Positions 1 through 3,875 of a stretch of 3,875 nucleotides of DNA are shown here, in pieces; position 1 is the stretch's first letter; every line of letters begins with the position of its first letter. Origin of the DNA: a virus (lineage: Duplodnaviria > Heunggongvirae > Uroviricota > Caudoviricetes). The stretch lies in IMG/VR virus record IMGVR_UViG_2667527839_000009, positions 1 through 3,875 of that record; one strand, written 5' to 3'. Below the pieces are notes generated by a model. It worked only from the letters and a program-made list of their open reading frames with translations, was not told the origin of the DNA and did no database searches. The translations under genes and the position numbers were made by a program.

Positions 1-672
1 ATGAAACAAATGTCACTAATTGAGATGGATGGATTTCTGAAAGGAAAATGCATCCCGCGAGACTTAAAGGTTAACGAAACAAACGCTGAATATCTGGTGC
101 GTAAATTTGGTGAGCTTGAATCAAAGATTGCATTACTTGAAGTGCAATTAAAGCTATCGGAAGCAGCAGAAAGAGCATGGGAGTCATCAATGATGCAGGC
201 TTGCGGCGAAGACGGGCCGAAATCAGTGGCTGATAAGTTTGCCGAACTTGAAGCCAAGTGCGCGGCGCTAGCAACTGATAACAAGAAAGCAATGGAGGCA
301 ATGAGGCAGGCAGATGCAGCCGTTAAGTTGGCACACGAGAAGTTTTCGGCGCTGGCGGCGGAGAATGCGATGTTGAAGCAACGGACACAGCAACTTATCG
401 ACATCATTAGTAATACTGACAATGACTACTGCATGTGTGGTTCTGCTATGAAAGACCACGTGCACAGCGGATGTGGTTATCCTACTGGCATGTTCGATTA
501 TTACTACAACCAGTGGCTGGAGTCAGATAACAAAACCCCAGCCACCGACGCTTTCCTGGCTGAAGTCCGGGCGCAGGGCGTGGAGATGTTTGCGGAGTGT
601 GCATACACACTTGAACATCATGATCACGCAGTAGCCTTCGCCGCTGAGCTTCGCAAAGGAGGCAACCAGTGA
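1..672 (+). CDS. Hypothetical phage protein: N-terminal coiled coil plus Cys/His-rich C-terminal domain, possibly Ea22-like; may be 5'-partial because the ORF begins at window base 1
   Basis: 223-codon ORF ending at TGA 670-672. Residues ~35-135 are heptad-like and Ala/Glu/Lys/Leu-rich (ELESKIALLEVQLKLSEAAERAW...AENAMLKQRTQQLIDII). The C-terminal part carries C144, C146, H153, H155, C158 (nt ~430-474) and C200, H206, H207, H209. An AGGAGG for the next gene lies inside its 3' end, consistent with an operon. The start cannot be verified because the frame is open to the window edge. Confidence 0.7.
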   Translation: MKQMSLIEMDGFLKGKCIPRDLKVNETNAEYLVRKFGELESKIALLEVQLKLSEAAERAWESSMMQACGEDGPKSVADKFAELEAKCAALATDNKKAMEAMRQADAAVKLAHEKFSALAAENAMLKQRTQQLIDIISNTDNDYCMCGSAMKDHVHSGCGYPTGMFDYYYNQWLESDNKTPATDAFLAEVRAQGVEMFAECAYTLEHHDHAVAFAAELRKGGNQ

Positions 673-968
673 GTGTATATCTTATTGATAAACGTCGACG
701 TGGGCAACAAATACCATCTGTAGGAATTCCGAATCACACATGGTTTTGCGTACTTGATATCGATGGTATGGATGCGTTGGTTGACACTCGTCATTACTGC
801 GATACCGCAACAGCTACTCCGGCGAAAGCAAAGAAAATGGCTGCTCTGATAGAAAACTGGACTCCACCTGATGGTTGGTGCAATGGGAATGATCGAGATT
901 GGCATGAAAAAATGAAGGGCTATATCTGCGATTTCTTACGTAAATGCAACGGCTTCAGGGTGATGTGA
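669..968 (+). CDS. Small hypothetical phage protein, Cys-rich (99 aa), GTG start
   Basis: GTG at 669-671 overlaps the upstream TGA stop (GTGA, 669-672). A consensus Shine-Dalgarno AGGAGG at 657-662 sits 6 nt upstream. The protein has Cys at 27, 44, 71, 87, 93 and His at 23, 42, 79. It occupies the position that ea8.5-type small genes hold in lambdoid phages, but I do not recognise its sequence. Confidence 0.65.
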   Translation: MSVYLIDKRRRGQQIPSVGIPNHTWFCVLDIDGMDALVDTRHYCDTATATPAKAKKMAALIENWTPPDGWCNGNDRDWHEKMKGYICDFLRKCNGFRVM

Positions 969-969
969 T

Positions 970-1380
970 ATGACCAAAATTAACTATCAGGCGCTGCGTG
1001 AAAAGGCAGAGAAAGCAACGAGTGGTGTGTGGTCGCTCGAATATGGAGAGGAGAGATTTGATGCTGGTGATGCGCTAATTCATCGTGAAGTTGTTGGATA
1101 TCTTCCCATTTGCAGAATTGAAGGAGCGTATCCTGAAAGCGGTTTCGATGAAGATTTCCAAATGGAACAGCAGGCCAATGCTGAATTCATCGCTGCAGCC
1201 AATCCGGCTACTGTGCTGGCACTGTTGGATGAACGGGAAAGAAACCAGCAATACATCAAACGCCGCGACCAGGAGAACGAGGATATTGCGCTTACGGTTG
1301 GGAGGCTGCGCGTTGAGCTGGAAGCCAAAGACCGGAGGATTGCTGAGCTGGAAATAAGCACTATGGCCCTGAGAGGATAA
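970..1380 (+). CDS. ead/Ea22-like family phage protein (136 aa)
   Basis: ATG at 970 lies 1 nt after the upstream stop (966-968). The N-terminus MTKINYQALREKAEKAT... and the motif ANAEFIAAANPATVLALLDERE match what I recall of ead/Ea22-like prophage proteins. A short C-terminal coiled-coil segment follows (RLRVELEAKDRRIAELE). The assignment is from memory, not from a search. Confidence 0.75.
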   Translation: MTKINYQALREKAEKATSGVWSLEYGEERFDAGDALIHREVVGYLPICRIEGAYPESGFDEDFQMEQQANAEFIAAANPATVLALLDERERNQQYIKRRDQENEDIALTVGRLRVELEAKDRRIAELEISTMALRG

Positions 1381-1383
1381 CCC

Positions 1384-2301
1384 ATGAGCACTATGACCAA
1401 ACAATGGCTGAAGCGGAAAATTGCAGAAATGGAAGCTGCCCGCGATGAAATCCCGTTCGGCCTGGACGAAGACGACAGCAATACACTTTCGGCGCTGCGT
1501 ATCGCGCTGGCATCGCTCGAAGCGGAGCCTGTGATTACCGTTGGCGATGATGGTGGTGATGCGCTTGCTTATCGCCGTCTTATTCAAACGTTCGCACCAG
1601 GAACGAAGCTATACACCGCCCCGTCAGCGCCAGAAAATGCTGACCCCGTAGCCTGGCTGTGGTCACACAGAAAACACCCTAGCGAAGTTACGCTTGTTCG
1701 TCCTGAAGATGACGAAAAAGCAGAAGCAGCTCTGTGGTCTGGATGGAGTTGTCAGGCGCTTTATGCAGCCTCTCCAGCGCCGGTATCTGTGCCCGCTGCG
1801 ATGGAAATGGATGATGACTTTGACAGCGCGTTTGAACACGGAAAAGCTGTCGGCTGGAACGCCTATCGCGCCGCCATGCTTCAGGCCGAACCTGTAAGTA
1901 ATAGTTATGAGTTACCGCTGGACTATCTGCAAGGACACAAAGACGGCCTGGAGTGGGCTGCACAATTGGCAGAAGCCAATCATCCGCAAACAGGTGACTG
2001 GTTGTACGACGACCCAATCGATCTTGCCAGGGCGATTCGCAAAGGTCCGGATATGCCTACTGTTCAGGGTGGCAATTCTCCGGTAACTCCGGATGGTTGG
2101 ATAAGCTGTAGTGAGCAGATGCCTTCCGCAGGGGAACAAGTGTTGGCGTACCGTCCAGACGCGCCGGAAAGTAATGATCCATTAATCAAGATGGCAACGT
2201 ACGTTGGCGGGTCAGCACACGGACACGGCTTTGATTGCTACTGCAAGCCAACCCACTGGATGCCGCTGCCAGCAGCACCGCAGGAGGTGAACCGTGGCTA
2301 A
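1384..2301 (+). CDS. DUF551-like phage protein (305 aa), acidic and Ala/Pro-rich, with conserved C-terminal ...THWMPLPAAP motif
   Basis: ATG at 1384 follows the upstream TAA (1378-1380) by 3 nt, with GAGAGGA at 1371-1377 as RBS. The C-terminal ~70 residues (PDGWISCSEQMP...VLAYR...THWMPLPAAPQE) resemble the DUF551 domain common in enterobacterial prophage early regions. The N-terminal two-thirds are rich in Asp/Glu/Ala/Pro. Stop is TAA at 2299-2301. Confidence 0.75.
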   Translation: MSTMTKQWLKRKIAEMEAARDEIPFGLDEDDSNTLSALRIALASLEAEPVITVGDDGGDALAYRRLIQTFAPGTKLYTAPSAPENADPVAWLWSHRKHPSEVTLVRPEDDEKAEAALWSGWSCQALYAASPAPVSVPAAMEMDDDFDSAFEHGKAVGWNAYRAAMLQAEPVSNSYELPLDYLQGHKDGLEWAAQLAEANHPQTGDWLYDDPIDLARAIRKGPDMPTVQGGNSPVTPDGWISCSEQMPSAGEQVLAYRPDAPESNDPLIKMATYVGGSAHGHGFDCYCKPTHWMPLPAAPQEVNRG

Positions 2302-2401
2302 CCTGCAACTTGCCGTCAAAGGTGAATAACAATCCTCGCATTCGCGGGGATTTCTTTTATCTGAACTCGCTACGGCGGGTTTTGTTTTATGGAGATGATA
2401 A

Positions 2402-2569
2402 ATGCACTTTCGAGTCACAGGTGAATGGAATGGAGAACCATTCAACAGAGTTATCGAAGCGGAGAACATCAACGACTGCTATGACCACTGGATGATATGG
2501 GCGCAGATAGCGCATGCAGACGTAACCAATATTCGAATTGAAGAACTGAAAGAACACCAAGCCGCCTGA
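2402..2569 (+). CDS. Small hypothetical phage protein (55 aa), not present in the supplied ORF track
   Basis: My own translation of ATG 2402 to TGA 2567-2569 gives MHFRVTGEWNGEPFNRVIEAENINDCYDHWMIWAQIAHADVTNIRIEELKEHQAA. GGAG at 2391-2394 lies 7 nt upstream of the ATG. The stop sits inside the stem of a terminator-like hairpin. The sequence reads like a compact globular protein, whereas the overlapping 86-aa ORF at 2235..2495 in another frame lacks an RBS and is low-complexity. Confidence 0.55.
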   Translation: MHFRVTGEWNGEPFNRVIEAENINDCYDHWMIWAQIAHADVTNIRIEELKEHQAA

Positions 2570-2581
2570 TGGCGGTTTTTT
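2559..2581 (+). terminator. Putative rho-independent terminator (GC stem, tetraloop, T-tract)
   Basis: CCGCC (2562-2566) pairs with GGCGG (2571-2575) around loop TGAT (2567-2570). The stem can extend through G2561-T2576 wobble and two A-T pairs. A run of six T (2576-2581) follows immediately. Confidence 0.45.
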
Positions 2582-2582
2582 C

Positions 2583-2622
2583 TTGCGTGTAATTGCGGAG
2601 ACTTTGCGATGTACTTAACACT
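2583..2622 (+). promoter_or_regulatory. pI-like cII-activated promoter: cII site TTGC-N6-TTGC straddling the -35 region, with the transcript start expected just inside xis
   Basis: TTGC at 2583-2586 and TTGC at 2593-2596 are separated by exactly 6 nt (GTGTAA), the architecture of lambda cII sites at pRE, pI and paQ. This is the only such pair I found in the window. By analogy with lambda pI, the start would fall a few nt past the xis ATG (2609), giving an int-only message. The -10 element and start site are not resolved from sequence. Confidence 0.6.
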
Positions 2623-2827
2623 TCAGGAGTGGAACGCACGCCAGCGGCGCCCAAGAAGCCTTGAAACAGTTCGTCGATGGGTACGCGAGTGCAGGATATT
2701 CCCTCCTCCGGTTAAGGATGGAAGAGAGTATCTGTTCCACGAATCAGCGGTAAAGGTTGACTTAAATCGACCAGTAACAGGTAGCCTTTTGAAGAGGATC
2801 AGAAATGGGAAGAAGGCGAAGTCATGA
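2609..2827 (+). CDS. xis: Excisionase Xis (lambda-type, 72 aa)
   Basis: The translation MYLTLQEWNARQRRPRSLETVRRWVRECRIFPPPVKDGREYLFHESAVKVDLNRPVTGSLLKRIRNGKKAKS matches lambda Xis as I recall it. GGAG at 2597-2600 lies 8 nt upstream of the ATG. Its 3' end overlaps int by 23 nt, as in lambda. Confidence 0.95.
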   Translation: MYLTLQEWNARQRRPRSLETVRRWVRECRIFPPPVKDGREYLFHESAVKVDLNRPVTGSLLKRIRNGKKAKS

Positions 2828-3875
2828 GCGCCGGGATTTACCCCCTAACCTTTATATAAGAAACAATGGATATTACTGCTACAGGGACCCAAGGACGGGT
2901 AAAGAGTTCGGATTAGGCAGAGACAGGAGGATAGCAATTACTGAAGCAATACAGGCAAACATTGAGTTATTTTCAGGACACAAACACAAGCCTCTGACAG
3001 CAAGAATCAACAGTGATAATTCTGTTACGTTACATTCATGGCTTGATCGCTACGAAAAAATCCTGGCCAGCAGAGGAATCAAGCAGAAGACACTCATAAA
3101 TTACATGAGCAAAATTAAAGCAATAAGGAGGGGTCTGCCTGATGCTCCACTTGAAGACATCACCACAAAAGAAATTGCGGCAATGCTCAATGGATACATA
3201 GACGAGGGCAAGGCGGCATCAGCCAAGTTAATCAGATCAACACTGAGCGATGCATTCCGAGAGGCAATAGCTGAAGGCCATATAACAACAAACCCGGTCG
3301 CTGCCACTCGCGCAGCAAAATCAGAGGTAAGGAGATCAAGACTTACGGCTGACGAATACCTGAAAATTTATCAAGCAGCAGAATCATCACCATGTTGGCT
3401 CAGACTTGCAATGGAACTGGCTGTTGTTACCGGGCAGCGAGTTGGGGATTTATGCGAAATGAAATGGTCTGATATCGTAGATGGATATCTTTATGTCGAG
3501 CAAAGCAAAACAGGCGTAAAAATTGCCATCCCTACAACATTGCATGTTGATGCTCTCGGGATATCAATGAAGGAAACACTTGATAAATGCAAAGAGATTC
3601 TTGGCGGAGAAACCATAATTGCATCTACTCGTCGTGAACCGCTTTCATCCGGCACAGTATCAAGGTATTTTATGCGCGCACGAAAAGCATCAGGTCTTTC
3701 CTTCGAAGGGGATCCGCCTACCTTTCACGAGTTGCGCAGTTTGTCTGCAAGACTCTATGAGAAGCAGATAAGCGATAAATTTGCTCAACATCTTCTCGGG
3801 CATAAGTCGGACACCATGGCATCACAGTATCGTGATGACAGAGGCAGGGAGTGGGACAAAATTGAAATCAAATAA
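2805..3875 (+). CDS. int: Tyrosine site-specific integrase Int (lambda-type, 356 aa), full length
   Basis: The translation matches lambda Int essentially along its whole length: the N-terminal arm-binding region (MGRRRSHERRDLPPNLYIRNNGYYCYRDPRTGKEF...), the motif HELRSLSARLY, and LLGHKSDTMASQY with the catalytic Tyr at residue 342 (codon 3828-3830, TAT). GAGGA at 2794-2798 precedes the ATG. Stop TAA at 3873-3875 is the last codon of the window. Confidence 0.97.
   Translation: MGRRRSHERRDLPPNLYIRNNGYYCYRDPRTGKEFGLGRDRRIAITEAIQANIELFSGHKHKPLTARINSDNSVTLHSWLDRYEKILASRGIKQKTLINYMSKIKAIRRGLPDAPLEDITTKEIAAMLNGYIDEGKAASAKLIRSTLSDAFREAIAEGHITTNPVAATRAAKSEVRRSRLTADEYLKIYQAAESSPCWLRLAMELAVVTGQRVGDLCEMKWSDIVDGYLYVEQSKTGVKIAIPTTLHVDALGISMKETLDKCKEILGGETIIASTRREPLSSGTVSRYFMRARKASGLSFEGDPPTFHELRSLSARLYEKQISDKFAQHLLGHKSDTMASQYRDDRGREWDKIEIK

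Larger units (their letters stand above)
1..3875 (+). mobile_element. Segment of a lambdoid prophage/phage genome: early-left accessory region plus xis-int integration module
   Basis: Co-linear + strand gene string ending in xis and int with the lambda-characteristic overlap. A cII-type TTGC-N6-TTGC motif sits at the xis start. Upstream ORFs have the look of the exo-xis accessory region of lambdoid phages. No att site or element boundary lies within the window. Confidence 0.85.

Noticed and set aside
624-905. 93-aa minus-strand ORF
   Set aside because: It is antisense to the junction of two coupled + strand genes. It has no RBS and breaks the otherwise unidirectional operon organisation.
1085-1357. 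90-aa + strand ORF in an alternative frame inside the ead/Ea22-like gene
   Set aside because: It is nested fully inside a better-supported CDS in a different frame, with no RBS and no recognisable protein features.
1075-1587. 170-aa ORF on the minus strand (and the overlapping 133-aa minus-strand ORF at 1080..1481)
   Set aside because: Both lie entirely antisense to the well-supported + strand ead/Ea22-like and DUF551-like genes. The translations are low-complexity (Ser/Arg/Leu-rich), typical of antisense frames of GC-rich coding sequence. No convincing RBS was seen.
1688-2139. Minus-strand ORFs (109 aa, 75 aa) and a + strand 67-aa alternative-frame ORF inside the DUF551-like gene
   Set aside because: These are antisense or alternative-frame ORFs within a GC-rich CDS. 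Their Arg/Ser/Pro-rich translations are typical of spurious frames.
2340-2390. Possible hairpin or promoter in the 100-bp spacer before the 55-aa ORF (G-rich segments followed by TTTTGTTTT)
   Set aside because: I could not find a convincing inverted repeat with more than 3 bp of stem, nor a -35/-10 pair with proper spacing. The T-rich run alone is not evidence of a terminator.
2235-2495. 86-aa + strand ORF overlapping the DUF551 gene 3' end and the 55-aa ORF
   Set aside because: It starts inside the DUF551-like CDS without an RBS, and its sequence is low-complexity. The 55-aa ORF in the other frame (2402..2569) has a consensus RBS and terminates at the hairpin, so it is the preferred call.
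2469-2654. 61-aa minus-strand ORF spanning the terminator and the cII-type site
   Set aside because: It overlaps the regulatory region and the xis start in antisense and has no translation signals. It is most likely a chance open frame.
3168-3185. Second cII-like motif TTGC-N6-GCTC inside int
   Set aside because: The second repeat does not match TTGC and the site lies within a coding region with no associated promoter features. It is probably chance.
3101-3307. 68-aa minus-strand ORF inside int
   Set aside because: It is antisense within the highly confident int CDS.
1-3875. CRISPR arrays, tRNA/rRNA genes, IS elements or terminal inverted repeats
   Set aside because: No regularly spaced direct repeats, no cloverleaf-compatible segments and no transposase-like ORFs were apparent. 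The window is almost fully occupied by the + strand protein-coding genes described.

Overview
This window reads as the integration end of a lambdoid (phage lambda-type) prophage or phage genome, with every supported gene on the + strand. Its 3' half is the canonical lambda integration module: a small hypothetical ORF, an intrinsic-terminator-like hairpin, a cII-type TTGC-N6-TTGC site overlapping the xis start (pI-like promoter), xis (2609..2827) and int (2805..3875), with a 23-nt xis/int overlap. The 5' half (1..2301) is a tightly packed, probably translationally coupled cassette of four accessory genes: a coiled-coil protein with a Cys/His-rich C-terminal domain, a small Cys-rich protein, an ead/Ea22-like protein and a DUF551-like acidic protein. 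I recognise no characterised defence, anti-defence or toxin system here; the accessory cassette and the unlisted 55-aa ORF are the parts of unknown function worth testing. All family assignments come from reading the translations and from memory of these families, not from any search. I found no rRNA, tRNA or CRISPR array.
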